Shown here in pieces: positions 1-11,954 of a stretch of DNA of 64,000 bases; the stretch's first letter is position 1; each line of letters opens with the position of its first letter. The stretch covers positions 972,769 through 1,036,768 of the forward strand of contig OZ244779.1 of assembly GCA_965219575.1 (NCBI GenBank). Direction: 5' to 3'. The notes below the pieces were generated by a model. It did no database searches and was not told where the DNA came from. It saw only the letters and a list, made by a program, of their open reading frames with translations. Position numbers and translations under genes: made by a program. Origin of the DNA: Candidatus Oxydemutatoraceae bacterium (lineage in GTDB: Bacteria > Pseudomonadota > Gammaproteobacteria > Poriferisulfidales > Oxydemutatoraceae).

Positions 1-2284
<2,284 letters not shown>

Positions 2285-2338
2285 AACGCTCAAACAATTT
2301 TGAGCTTAAAACACATAACAATTGAATCAATATACGAG

Positions 2339-2782
2339 AAGAACCGCCGTTTGTTGCAGTGGCACAAACGGCGTTACTTTGTACAAAAACTTAGCATGGA
2401 TGTGTAGGACGGACAAGCGAAGGCTTGGGGCTGTTGAAAAAGTCCCGTCCTGCAAGAACCCAACCGCTTGCGCCGTATGGTTTTGGTTTCCATAAATCGG
2501 GTGAATGAATGTATAAATCATGCCGATCAGCGCGTTACGGGCAGAACATAGCCGCCGATTGAGCCAGTAGGTCAATCGGCAATTTAATTTTAGTCCGCCC
2601 CTACATTGTATGAAACACTTTTTCAATAGCCCCAAGACGTAACCACCTTGTCAGGCTGAATAGAACCGCCGATTGAACCGGTAGGTCAATCGGCGTGACT
2701 TTGTTCAGAACCTCAACATGACTGCTAAACGCATGCATTGCAAAATGCATAGGTTGCCCCTCTGAAGGAGGGGAATGTATCG
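2339..2782. repeat. Composite intergenic repeat mosaic containing a MITE-like unit at 2427-2633
   Basis: GGGGCTGTTGAAAAAGT at 2427 and ACTTTTTCAATAGCCCC ending 2633; internal CCGCCGATTGA..TCAATCGGC hairpin and GTCCGCCCCTAC REP half; the same modules recur in more than 10 other intergenic regions of the window. Confidence 0.9.
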
Positions 2783-2800
2783 TCCCTACTGCCGATGATT

Positions 2801-3772
2801 CTATTTTTCTACAGCCTGATATTTTTTGTTATCATTGGTATGCACGACAAAAGGAGAGGTTGGCCATCGATGTTTAATCCTTGTTATCAGATGCATTGGA
2901 ATCACACCGACGGTGAGTCCGTTGCTGAACTTACCTTTGATAATCTGCGGACTTATGTAGATATAATTAAGCAACGAACGCAACCGGCATAGTTTCCCCG
3001 GACAGCGTAGTTGCAATAACTTCGCTTCAATGCGGTGTAGCAACAGTGGTGTAAATCTTTGTCCCCATGCCAAGACTCCCGGTAGTATCGGTATTTTCCG
3101 CCATTTCCCTTCAACTCTGCCTGCGCTACTCCACCAGATAGTTGGTTGGTGCATTTCCCAGCACGCCTCGGGATCTTGTAAAAGTATTTCGTTCATAGAT
3201 TTTTGATCTAGAGACCATTCAGCTTCTGCTACTTGTCGAAAATAGTCTTGGGTGCGAGCATTGGCACGGCAAAGAAAGAAGCCTGCACAGAGGGTGAAGT
3301 GATAACGAATAAAATGCGATTTTGGTCCGTGGGTGCCCTGAGATATAAGCAGATCAAACTCGTTATGCTGCGCTAGCCAAGGGCGAGGATCTTGCAACCA
3401 AAACGCATCGGCATCGCTATGGATAAAATCACGCCCCGACTTGGCAAGTTCATAGAACAAATTTTTGCGTAGTGAAAAAATTATTTGTGCTTTGGATTTT
3501 TCATTTAGGTTATTCAGGCTGTGAGGAGTCACATCCGGAAATAAATCGTATAGATAAACTGCGCAAGTACCATGTCCTATTTCGTTTAGCCAACCGATTA
3601 ATTCTTTGTCTAGGCAGATAATTCGCCAATGGTCGCAAGTTAACAGGGCATGGTCGATCCATTTACTTATAACATTTCGGTAGTTAAAAGTTCCGAACAC
3701 GATTGTCACGGGTGTTCCGTCAATCGGATCAAACGGCGAAAATAGATCTACAACCATAATTTTATTTTTCAT
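2801..3772 (-). CDS. Nucleotide-diphospho-sugar transferase (GT77/PF03407-like) glycosyltransferase, copy 1
   Basis: FIHSDADAFWLQDP (DxD), LCAGFFLCRAN, DQxxMN and C-terminal VVHxN motifs match the Nucleotid_trans pattern. Confidence 0.75.
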   Translation of the reverse strand: MKNKIMVVDLFSPFDPIDGTPVTIVFGTFNYRNVISKWIDHALLTCDHWRIICLDKELIGWLNEIGHGTCAVYLYDLFPDVTPHSLNNLNEKSKAQIIFSLRKNLFYELAKSGRDFIHSDADAFWLQDPRPWLAQHNEFDLLISQGTHGPKSHFIRYHFTLCAGFFLCRANARTQDYFRQVAEAEWSLDQKSMNEILLQDPEACWEMHQPTIWWSSAGRVEGKWRKIPILPGVLAWGQRFTPLLLHRIEAKLLQLRCPGKLCRLRSLLNYIYISPQIIKGKFSNGLTVGVIPMHLITRIKHRWPTSPFVVHTNDNKKYQAVEK

Positions 3773-3917
3773 CTATAATCCAAAACACAAATGCCGGGTT
3801 ATTCCTTTGAAACTCTTTAGTTAGAGAGGTCTAATTTGTTTTATATACCACGACATCTACACATCCTAAAATAACTATCATTCAAGTATTAGAACATAAC
3901 ACCGTAATCGGCATCTC

Positions 3918-4868
3918 TCATGATTTTTTCTTGTTACCATCAATATGTACGACAAGAGGAGAGGTCGGCCACCGGTAATCAATTCTTGTTACTATATGCA
4001 TTGGAATCATACCGACGGTCAAGCCATTGCTGAACTTACCTTTGATAATACTCGGACTTATGCGGATATAATTAAGCAGCGAGCGCAACCAGCATAGTCT
4101 CCCGGGGCAGCGTAGTTGAGATAACTTCGCTTTAATAATGCGGTATAGCAGCAATGGTGGAAATAGTTTTCCCCATGCGAGCGCAACACACAGTGGCATC
4201 GGTATTTTTCTCCATTTTCCGGACCATTTGCCCGTACTACTAAAGAAAAGAGCTGGTCGGTGTATTTCCCAACGTGCCTGCGAGTCCTCTAGGAGTAATT
4301 TGTTCATGGTCTCTTGATCTTTCCATTTTTCGATTGCCTTTACTTGTCGAAAATAGTTTTGAGTTTGAGCATTGGCACGGCAAAGAAAGAAGCCTGCACA
4401 AAGGGTGAAACGATAGCACTTAAAATGTGCCTTTGGTGTATATGTTCCTTGAGATATAAGTAAGTCAAACTCGGCATGCTGTGCCAGCCAAGGGCGAGGG
4501 TCTTGCAACCAAAACGCATCGGCATCGCTATGGATAAAATCACGCCCCGACTTGGCAAGTGCATAGAAAATTTTTTTGCGTAGCCCGAAAATCATTTTTT
4601 CTTTGGATTTTTTATTTAGGTTATTCAGGTTGTGAGGGGTCATATCCGGAAATAAATCGTAGAAATATACTGCACGATCGTCATGTCCCATTTCGTTTAG
4701 CCAACCGACCAATTTTTGGTCTAGGCAGATAATTCGCCAATGGTCGCAAGTTGACCGGGCATGGTTAATCCATTTACTTATAACATTTCGGTAGTTAAAA
4801 GTTCCGAACACGATTGTCACCGGTGTTCCGTCAATCGGATCAAACGGCGAAAATGGATCTACGGTCAT
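3918..4868 (-). CDS. Nucleotide-diphospho-sugar transferase (GT77/PF03407-like) glycosyltransferase, copy 2
   Basis: Tandem paralogue of 2801-3772 with long identical blocks (PFDPIDGTPVTIVFGTFNYRNVISKW; SGRDFIHSDADAFWLQDPRPWLAQH). Confidence 0.75.
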   Translation of the reverse strand: MTVDPFSPFDPIDGTPVTIVFGTFNYRNVISKWINHARSTCDHWRIICLDQKLVGWLNEMGHDDRAVYFYDLFPDMTPHNLNNLNKKSKEKMIFGLRKKIFYALAKSGRDFIHSDADAFWLQDPRPWLAQHAEFDLLISQGTYTPKAHFKCYRFTLCAGFFLCRANAQTQNYFRQVKAIEKWKDQETMNKLLLEDSQARWEIHRPALFFSSTGKWSGKWRKIPMPLCVALAWGKLFPPLLLYRIIKAKLSQLRCPGRLCWLRSLLNYIRISPSIIKGKFSNGLTVGMIPMHIVTRIDYRWPTSPLVVHIDGNKKKS

Positions 4869-4929
4869 AATTTTATTTTCTCGTTGAAGGGAAAGTGGTA
4901 AATATCGTACGAAGTATCACGAGTTGTAT

Positions 4930-4935
4930 TATAAT
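4930..4935 (+). promoter_or_regulatory. Putative sigma70 -10 box (TATAAT) upstream of the sulfotransferase trio
   Basis: Perfect TATAAT in the divergent GT/sulfotransferase intergenic region; no clear -35. Confidence 0.35.
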
Positions 4936-5018
4936 GTGTGTCCAGAATTACACAAACCAATCAGTGGCTACAATCATTTGCATCTTTGTGTCTTGTTGTT
5001 TTCGCCCCGAACTGTATC

Positions 5019-5978
5019 ATGGATAGACAAACTATTTTAGAACTCGTACAACCGAAAAGAGATTTGTGGGAGAAATCTTCTAAAGATATACGAGTGATGT
5101 TATTGACCATAGGTTTTCCCGGTTCCGGGTCGTCGTTAGTCGGTTATTTACTAACGGCACACCCCAATATAGTTATGGCCGACGAACCTCTTGTTTATAA
5201 GCACGGGAAACGTATTTCGTCTCATATAAATGATATAAATGGAATAAAACTAGAGGGTACGGATTGTTTATATTCAGTTGAATTTAGTAAGATGTTTAAT
5301 GTAATTTTCGGTTTAGATTATGTGCGATGGTTAAGGGCAAAAATGAGGGACTCCCCGAAAGAAAATGAGCCTATTTCTTTTGCTAAGAAATACGCAGGGG
5401 ACTCCTATATATTAAGACGATATATTCTAATACCTGATCAATATCAAGGCTGTTTTAAGTCACCGAAGGTTATAGGAGTCAAACACTCTCGTGATAATGT
5501 GGAATGTTTATCTATGGCTAAAGTATTGAAAATTTTCAAGGAGAGGTTGGAGGAAAGAGGAGTTCGCTTGAAATTTATTTTAATGGCCCGAAATCCTTAT
5601 GACATGATTAGCATTAGACTGAGAAAGACTATATCCTACCAGGATTTTATTCAAAAGGAAGTAAAAACAAACGCTATATCGTTTATTGAAAGGTTATCTA
5701 AAAATAATGTGGAAATCCTTAAGCAAGTAGACTCCGAAGATGTATTTATATCTAAGCACGAGGAAATGGTTGCCGATCCGAGGCTACAGTTGACAAAGCT
5801 ATGTGAATTTCTACAAGTGCCGGCATCTTCGGATTATCTAAATAGCTGTGCTTCCTACGTTGACGAAAAACCTAATAGAAGACGATTTCAATTTGACTGG
5901 ACATCGGAGCAAAAACAAAAGGTTGCATCGTTGATAGAACAATACGACTTTTTCTCGGGATACGATTGGGAATCGTAA
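5019..5978 (+). CDS. Sulfotransferase-fold protein (TPST/Sulfotransfer_3-like), copy 1
   Basis: 5'-PSB-like GFPGSGSSLVG..LTAHP, 3'-PB-like MARNPYD, HEEMVADP..LCEFL. Start moved to ATG 5019 by alignment with paralogues (ORF track starts at 4938). Confidence 0.75.
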   Translation: MDRQTILELVQPKRDLWEKSSKDIRVMLLTIGFPGSGSSLVGYLLTAHPNIVMADEPLVYKHGKRISSHINDINGIKLEGTDCLYSVEFSKMFNVIFGLDYVRWLRAKMRDSPKENEPISFAKKYAGDSYILRRYILIPDQYQGCFKSPKVIGVKHSRDNVECLSMAKVLKIFKERLEERGVRLKFILMARNPYDMISIRLRKTISYQDFIQKEVKTNAISFIERLSKNNVEILKQVDSEDVFISKHEEMVADPRLQLTKLCEFLQVPASSDYLNSCASYVDEKPNRRRFQFDWTSEQKQKVASLIEQYDFFSGYDWES

Positions 5979-6006
5979 ATAGAGCAACAAAAAGTAGCTT
6001 AAAAAG

Positions 6007-6945
6007 ATGGCACGACACTCGTATAAAAAAGAGCTTTTAGAACTTATACAACCGAAAAAAGATTTATGGGAGAGGTCTTTTGAAGATGTACGAGTGATGT
6101 TATTGACTATAGGTTTTTCCGGCGCGGGGTCGTCGCTACTCGGATATTTACTAACCGCACACCCGAATATGGCTGTTGCCGATCAACCTGTCATTTTTTC
6201 CGGTGAGCCGGTTGCATTGGATATAAACGATATAAATGGAGTAAATAAAATAAATGGTCTATACTCGGCAGACTTGAATAAGATATTTAATGTGATTTTA
6301 GGGGTGGATTATATACGATGGCTAGCAGTTAAAGAGAAAAGAGAAAATAATAATACGCTTTTTTCTGAAGCTAAGAGACAAAAACGCTATATATTAATGT
6401 CTAATCAATATCAAGGTCGTTTTGAGACACTGAAGGTTTTAGGAATTAAAAACTCTAGGCAAACCGCAGAATTTTTATCCGATAAGCGTCAATTCGCAAC
6501 CCTCAAAAAAAGGCTTGAGGAAAGGGATATTCGCATGAAATTCATTTTAACGGTTCGCAATCCTTACGATATAATTGCCAACAAAACAGGCAGAACGACT
6601 CAATATAAAGCCGCCCCCCAAAAGCCGATAACCACAAAGGCTATATCGTTTGTCGAGAAATTGTCCGAAGAGAATATAAAACTTGTTGAACAAGTGCCCT
6701 CCCAAGATGTGTTTGTATCTAAACATGAAGAGATGGTTGCAGATCCGAGTCTACAGTTGACTAAGCTATGCCAATTTGTACAAGTGCCGGCATCTCCCGA
6801 TTATCTAGACGACTGTGCTTCTTGCGTTGACGAAAAACCTAATAGAAGGCGATTGGAATTTGATTGGACATCGGAGCAAAAACAAAAGGTTGCATCGTTG
6901 ATAGAACAATACGACTTCTTCTCGGGATACGATTGGGAGTCATAA
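6007..6945 (+). CDS. Sulfotransferase-fold protein, copy 2
   Basis: GFSGAGSSLLG..LTAHP, VRNPYD, HEEMVADP; C-terminus identical to copy 1. Confidence 0.75.
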   Translation: MARHSYKKELLELIQPKKDLWERSFEDVRVMLLTIGFSGAGSSLLGYLLTAHPNMAVADQPVIFSGEPVALDINDINGVNKINGLYSADLNKIFNVILGVDYIRWLAVKEKRENNNTLFSEAKRQKRYILMSNQYQGRFETLKVLGIKNSRQTAEFLSDKRQFATLKKRLEERDIRMKFILTVRNPYDIIANKTGRTTQYKAAPQKPITTKAISFVEKLSEENIKLVEQVPSQDVFVSKHEEMVADPSLQLTKLCQFVQVPASPDYLDDCASCVDEKPNRRRLEFDWTSEQKQKVASLIEQYDFFSGYDWES

Positions 6946-6983
6946 ATAGGATAGCAGGGAAGGCTAAAGAGATGGTATGCCCC

Positions 6984-7928
6984 ATGAATAAGCAAACACT
7001 ATTAGAATTAGTACAACCGAAAAGAGATTTATGGAAGAAATCTTTTGACGACGTACGGATGAGGCTATTAACCATAGGTTTTTCCGGTTCCGGGTCATCG
7101 TTAATCGGCTATTTACTAACCGCACATGCCAATATGGCTGTTGCCGATGAACCTAGTATTAATAATTGCAAGGACCCGGTTGCATCAAATATAAATGATA
7201 TAAATGGAATAGACCTACAGGATATAGGTTGTCTATATTCGGCGGACTTAAATAAGATATTCAATGTAATTTTAGATTTAGATTATGTGCGATGGCTAGT
7301 GGCAAAAAAGAGAAAACCTTCAAAGGAAAATAAGACTGCTTTTTTTGCTAGGGGTGGTAGAAAAAAGCGTTATATATTGGTACCCGATCAATATCAAGGT
7401 CGTTTCGAGAAACTGAAAGTTTTAGGAATAAAACGCGCTCTAGGAAATTTAAAGAGTCTATCTAACAAGGACATATTTACGACCTTCAAAAAAAGGCTTG
7501 AAGAAAAAGGTATTTGTTTGAAATTCATTCTAGCGGTTCGCAATCCTTACGATATGATCGCCAATAAAACAAACAAAACGATTCAATACAAAGACTCCCG
7601 CCAAAAGCCAATAACAACAAATGCTATATCGTTTTACGAGAAATTGTCCGAAGAGAATATAAAGCTTGTCGAACAGGTAGCTTCCCAAGATATATTTGTA
7701 TCTAAACATGAAGAAATGGTTGCAGATCCGAGTCTACAATTGACTAAACTATGCCAATTTGCACAAGTGTCGGCATCTTCCGATTATCTAGATAGCTGTA
7801 CTTCTTGGGTTGTTAGAGAACCTAATAGAAGGCGATTGGAATTTGACTGGACATCGGAGCAAAAAGAAAAGGTCGCATCGTTGATAGAACAATACGACTT
7901 CTTCTCGGGATACAGCTGGGAGTTATAA
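6984..7928 (+). CDS. Sulfotransferase-fold protein, copy 3
   Basis: GFSGSGSSLIG..LTAHA, VRNPYD; start ATG 6984 (MNKQTLLELVQPK) by alignment with paralogues. Confidence 0.75.
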   Translation: MNKQTLLELVQPKRDLWKKSFDDVRMRLLTIGFSGSGSSLIGYLLTAHANMAVADEPSINNCKDPVASNINDINGIDLQDIGCLYSADLNKIFNVILDLDYVRWLVAKKRKPSKENKTAFFARGGRKKRYILVPDQYQGRFEKLKVLGIKRALGNLKSLSNKDIFTTFKKRLEEKGICLKFILAVRNPYDMIANKTNKTIQYKDSRQKPITTNAISFYEKLSEENIKLVEQVASQDIFVSKHEEMVADPSLQLTKLCQFAQVSASSDYLDSCTSWVVREPNRRRLEFDWTSEQKEKVASLIEQYDFFSGYSWEL

Positions 7929-8006
7929 ATAGGATAGCATGGGGGAAAGGAAGCAGAATGATATGCGATAATCTACAAATTCCGCCCTCTTTTTTTATGA
8001 TAACCA

Positions 8007-8015
8007 TGCTATAAT
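8007..8015 (+). promoter_or_regulatory. Extended -10 promoter (TGcTATAAT) upstream of a small ORF and the 5S rRNA
   Basis: Perfect TGnTATAAT followed by an AGGAG RBS at 8031-8035. Confidence 0.55.
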
Positions 8016-8043
8016 TAGCGAAAATATTTAAGGAGTGAAATAT

Positions 8044-8130
8044 ATGAAACCTGCTATAACCAACTTAATTGCCACAGTCTCTTTTATCGCAGTTTTTGTC
8101 GTCTTGGTATATCTTATAGCCAATTACTGA
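8044..8130 (+). CDS. Putative 28-aa single-TM small protein (MKPAITNLIATVSFIAVFVVLVYLIANY)
   Basis: AAGGAG RBS 8 nt upstream, extended -10, uniformly hydrophobic; below the ORF-track length cutoff. Confidence 0.55.
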   Translation: MKPAITNLIATVSFIAVFVVLVYLIANY

Positions 8131-8165
8131 TACGATATTGTTGCAAAGACTGCAAACGGCTTATT

Positions 8166-8284
8166 TGCTTGGCGGCCATAGAGCGTTAGTACCACCCGAT
8201 CCCATCCCGAACTCGGAAGTGAAATGGCGTATCGCCGATGGTAGTGCAGGGCTTCCCTGTGTGAGAGTAGGACACCGCCAAGCG
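8166..8284 (+). rRNA. rrf: 5S rRNA
   Basis: TGCTTGGCGGCCATAG..CACCCGATCCCATCCCGAACTCGGAAGTGAAA..CGCCGATGGTAGT..GAGAGTAGGACACCGCCAAGC with complementary termini. Confidence 0.97.
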
Positions 8285-8344
8285 TTTATTTAATACGCTG
8301 CTACCGTATGGATAAGCAGAGTTTTCTTTTTTGTTCTAAGATTT

Positions 8345-9130
8345 ATGGACTACGACCTTGAATTTTTTTTGGTGCTTGCCACCGTCATAACCGGCTTGCT
8401 CGCTTTGGCTCTCAAAGTCTATCGCAAGTCCGACGGCTATGATAAGAAATCGGCACAAACACCCGGCTTATCTTTTCGCATCGCCGATAACGCAGCTTCT
8501 TTCTTCCCGATTCTACTGATCGTTCTATTGATACGAAGTTTCATAATAGAACCGTTTAGAATCCCCTCGGGCTCGATGCTACCGACTTTGGAAATCGGAG
8601 ATTTTATTATGGTCAACAAGTTCACTTACGGACTCAAGCTACCGGTGCTACACAACACGCTGATAGGAATGGATACGCCACAAAGAGGCGATGTTGTGGT
8701 TTTTCGCTATCCTAAAGACTCGACCAAGGACTATATCAAACGCGTTGTCGGTATTCCCGGCGACAAGGTCGTCTACAAAGACAAACAACTGCAGATCAAC
8801 GGTGTCCCGATTACCCAAGTGGAGGACGGCAACGAACCCTACACAAGCATCTACGGTACCGACTTATTCGAGAGAACCGAGTATTTGGGGGATGTTAAGC
8901 ACAATATCCTCGTTGCCGATATTTCTATGAGAGGATTAGAAAATGAATGGCAAATTCCCGAAGCCAATTATTTCGTGATGGGAGATAATAGAGATAACAG
9001 CAACGACAGCCGAGTTTGGGGATTTGTTCCCGAACGAAATCTGGTAGGGAAAGCATTCTTGATTTGGATGAACTGGAATCATCAAAAAGGAGAAATCGGA
9101 TTTTCCAGAATAGGCAACAGCATACGGTAA
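8345..9130 (+). CDS. lepB: Signal peptidase I
   Basis: EPFRIPSGSMLPTL (catalytic Ser), DYIKRVVG (Lys), GDNRDNSNDSR. Confidence 0.97.
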   Translation: MDYDLEFFLVLATVITGLLALALKVYRKSDGYDKKSAQTPGLSFRIADNAASFFPILLIVLLIRSFIIEPFRIPSGSMLPTLEIGDFIMVNKFTYGLKLPVLHNTLIGMDTPQRGDVVVFRYPKDSTKDYIKRVVGIPGDKVVYKDKQLQINGVPITQVEDGNEPYTSIYGTDLFERTEYLGDVKHNILVADISMRGLENEWQIPEANYFVMGDNRDNSNDSRVWGFVPERNLVGKAFLIWMNWNHQKGEIGFSRIGNSIR

Positions 9131-9143
9131 ATACAACTCGAAT

Positions 9144-9782
9144 ATGGAACTCGAAAAACTTTTAAGCGAAGATTTTAGAAACCACCGATTATTCAAACAA
9201 GCAATCACGCACCGCAGCTATGCAAAAGAACATAACGAACGTCTAGAGTTTCTCGGCGATGCCGTTCTGCAACTATTAATTTCGGAGTATCTTTATAATA
9301 ATTTTTCCGACAAGCCGGAAGGACAACTTACCCGAATGCGTGCGCGCTTGGTACGCAAAGAAACATTGTCCGAGATAGCGAGCGAACTCCATCTAAGAAA
9401 ATGGCTCCAATTAGGTCGCGGACAAAGAACCGGTCAATTAAGCAATGCCATATTGGCGGATGCCTTAGAAGCAATCATAGGCGCATTTTATCTATATCGA
9501 GGTTTGCAGCCTACATGGCAGTTTATCCGGCAAATTTATGCCGAGCACCTCAAGCAATTGTCCGGTTCCGACAACTTTAGCGATGCTAAAAGCCGGTTGC
9601 AGGAATATCTACAAGCACGCGGTTCTCCTCTCCCCGAGTATCAACTCAAACAGTCTACCAAGCAAGGCTTTCATATGATATGCAAGGTTGGACAAGGACA
9701 AACCGAAGGTAAGGGGAAGACTAAACGCGGTGCCGAACAACAGGCAGCTCATTTAATGTTGCATAAGCTAGAGCGTAAGTAA
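9144..9782 (+). CDS. rnc: Ribonuclease III
   Basis: NERLEFLGDAVL signature, ADALEAIIGA, C-terminal dsRBD (DAKSRLQEY..AEQQAA). Confidence 0.96.
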   Translation: MELEKLLSEDFRNHRLFKQAITHRSYAKEHNERLEFLGDAVLQLLISEYLYNNFSDKPEGQLTRMRARLVRKETLSEIASELHLRKWLQLGRGQRTGQLSNAILADALEAIIGAFYLYRGLQPTWQFIRQIYAEHLKQLSGSDNFSDAKSRLQEYLQARGSPLPEYQLKQSTKQGFHMICKVGQGQTEGKGKTKRGAEQQAAHLMLHKLERK

Positions 9783-10732
9783 TGGGCACTCAAGCTACAC
9801 CGAATATACCGACTACATGCCGTTGCGGGTTTGTCGCTTTGTGTGGCAGACCGAATGTAGGGAAATCAACCCTGTTCAACCGCTTGATCGGGCACCATTG
9901 GGCTGCGGTAACGCACAAAGCGCAAACCACCCGCCATAACATACAAGGTGTATTGACCGAAGGCGATGCCCAGATGATCTTTATAGACTCACCGGGGTTG
10001 AACGAGAGCATACACCATCCCTGGAATCGAATGCTAAATCGCAATGCCAAGGCAGCGATGCTGGGTGTCGATCTAGTGATGCTGGTTGTCGATAGTAGAA
10101 TGTGGACGAATGCCGACGATTCGGCATTGAAGATTATACAATCGGGTGTCTCACCTTGTGTTTTGGTGCTTAACAAAACGGACTTGCTCAAAGAAAAACA
10201 ATCGCTGCTGACTACAATAGATAAAATTCGCGAGCATGGTTTTTCTGCAATCGTGCCGCTCTCGGCGCGCAAGGATAAAGATTTCGGCAAGCTCAAAGCC
10301 GAGATTAAAGCACTACTCCCGCAAGCCGATTTTATCTTCAAAGGAAACCCGAATAACCATCAGAGACCTAAAGTGATTGCTCAGGAATTGGTCTACGAAC
10401 AAGTCATGCGCTATCTGCACGAAGAAATTCCCTATACGATGGATGTAGAAGTTTCAACGGTTGAAATACAGGAAAACCGGTTGCATATAGAAGCCTTTTT
10501 ATGGGTGCTGAAAGATAATCAGCGTGCCATCGTAATAGGCAAGCAAGGCAGTCGGCTTAAGGCAATAGGAACCGCCGCGCGAAAGGCGATAGAGAGTACG
10601 CTTAGCCTGCCGACCTATTTGAAATTAAATGTTAAGACTCAAAGCAAGCAACACGGTAAACGTATGCTTCGGAAACGAGCCGAGGATGATATCGCGATGC
10701 TAAAAAATCAACCCGAAACAAACGGACTATGA
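9782..10732 (+). CDS. era: GTPase Era
   Basis: [28 protein letters not shown]-domain VIGKQG; follows rnc. Confidence 0.95.
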   Translation: MGTQATPNIPTTCRCGFVALCGRPNVGKSTLFNRLIGHHWAAVTHKAQTTRHNIQGVLTEGDAQMIFIDSPGLNESIHHPWNRMLNRNAKAAMLGVDLVMLVVDSRMWTNADDSALKIIQSGVSPCVLVLNKTDLLKEKQSLLTTIDKIREHGFSAIVPLSARKDKDFGKLKAEIKALLPQADFIFKGNPNNHQRPKVIAQELVYEQVMRYLHEEIPYTMDVEVSTVEIQENRLHIEAFLWVLKDNQRAIVIGKQGSRLKAIGTAARKAIESTLSLPTYLKLNVKTQSKQHGKRMLRKRAEDDIAMLKNQPETNGL

Positions 10733-11472
10733 AAAATTTTCGAACCACTCTGGGCGTTAATATAGACCATGTCGCAAACTTGCGTCAAGCTCGCTACACA
10801 CCCTACCCGGATTTTCGCCGCGCCGTTGCCGAAGCCGAAGCAGGGGGGGCTGACGGGATTACGATTCATCTGCGCGAAGACCGCCGACACATACAGGATG
10901 CCGATGTCTATCTCGCTCGTGAATGTGTCGGCACACACCTGAACTTGGAAATGGCAGCGACGGCCGAGATGCTTGAGATTGCGCTTCGGGTCAAACCCGA
11001 TTATTGCTGCTTGGTGCCGGAGAAACGCGAAGAACTTACCACCGAAGGCGGGTTGGATGTGTATAAACATCGCAAGCGTATTGCAGATATGTGCGAGACG
11101 CTGCGTGCCGCAGGTATTGCCGTTTCGCTCTTTGTAGAACCCGATTTGTCCGTTTTAGAGTTGGCGGTGCGGTGCGGGGCCGGGATCGTTGAACTACATA
11201 CCGGCGAATACGCAGTGGCAACGGGCGATGCACGACAGCAAGCACATCGGCGTATCGTAGATGCCGCTCGTCGAGGCACGGAACTCGGATTGCAAGTCAA
11301 CGCCGGACACGGCTTGACATTGGATAATGTAGGAGCTATCGCCGCGATTCCGCAAATCCAAGAATTGAATATCGGTCATGCCATTGTTGCCGATGCCATT
11401 TTTATCGGTCTTAAAGAAGCGGTGCGAGCATTCAAGAGAACCATAATGCTAGCCGACGAGTCGTCAAAATGA
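10729..11472 (+). CDS. pdxJ: Pyridoxine 5'-phosphate synthase
   Basis: [47 protein letters not shown]. Confidence 0.98.
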   Translation: MKNFRTTLGVNIDHVANLRQARYTPYPDFRRAVAEAEAGGADGITIHLREDRRHIQDADVYLARECVGTHLNLEMAATAEMLEIALRVKPDYCCLVPEKREELTTEGGLDVYKHRKRIADMCETLRAAGIAVSLFVEPDLSVLELAVRCGAGIVELHTGEYAVATGDARQQAHRRIVDAARRGTELGLQVNAGHGLTLDNVGAIAAIPQIQELNIGHAIVADAIFIGLKEAVRAFKRTIMLADESSK

Positions 11473-11837
11473 TTTACGGCATCGGCATAGACATTGTTAG
11501 CATAGACAGAATCAAACGCATACTGGAAAAATACCCGAAGCGATTTCCTAAACGCATTCTTCACCCGCAAGAGTATACCGACTATAGCGAGCGCAAAAAC
11601 AAGGCGGCTTTTCTTGCCCGTCAGTTTGCCGCCAAAGAAGCGGTTAGCAAAGCTATCGGTAGCGGTTTTGCCGAAAACCTGTACCCTAAATCGATACTGA
11701 TTAAACGCGACCGATACGGCAAACCGCATGCCACACTAGATCAAAGCGAGAAACAAACAACCGAACGAACCATCCTAGTGAGCATCAGCGACGAAGCAAG
11801 CTATGCGGTCGCCCAAGCTATCATCGTCAAACCGTAG
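11469..11837 (+). CDS. acpS: Holo-ACP synthase
   Basis: [26 protein letters not shown]. Confidence 0.96.
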   Translation: MIYGIGIDIVSIDRIKRILEKYPKRFPKRILHPQEYTDYSERKNKAAFLARQFAAKEAVSKAIGSGFAENLYPKSILIKRDRYGKPHATLDQSEKQTTERTILVSISDEASYAVAQAIIVKP

Positions 11838-11845
11838 TAACAAAT

Positions 11846-11942
11846 TATCCCTCTGCTGTGGAGAAGGGCAGGCGTGACATTGTGCAAAACCCTAAGATGC
11901 TTACAAAATGTAAAGCCTCTCCACGGGGTGGTTCACAATCGT
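11846..11942. repeat. Degenerate repeat modules (hairpin plus GGCGTGACATTGTGCAAAACC element end)
   Basis: Similar to 26360-26490 and the reverse complement of 43280-43350. Confidence 0.7.
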
Positions 11943-11954
11943 GCTTCCGACAAA

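Noticed and set aside
6864-6983. Long N-terminal extension of sulfotransferase copy 3 (likewise 4938-5018, 20127-20204, 43632-43691)
   Set aside because: These extensions overlap neighbouring genes, promoter regions or repeats; alignment with paralogues or family motifs supports downstream ATGs
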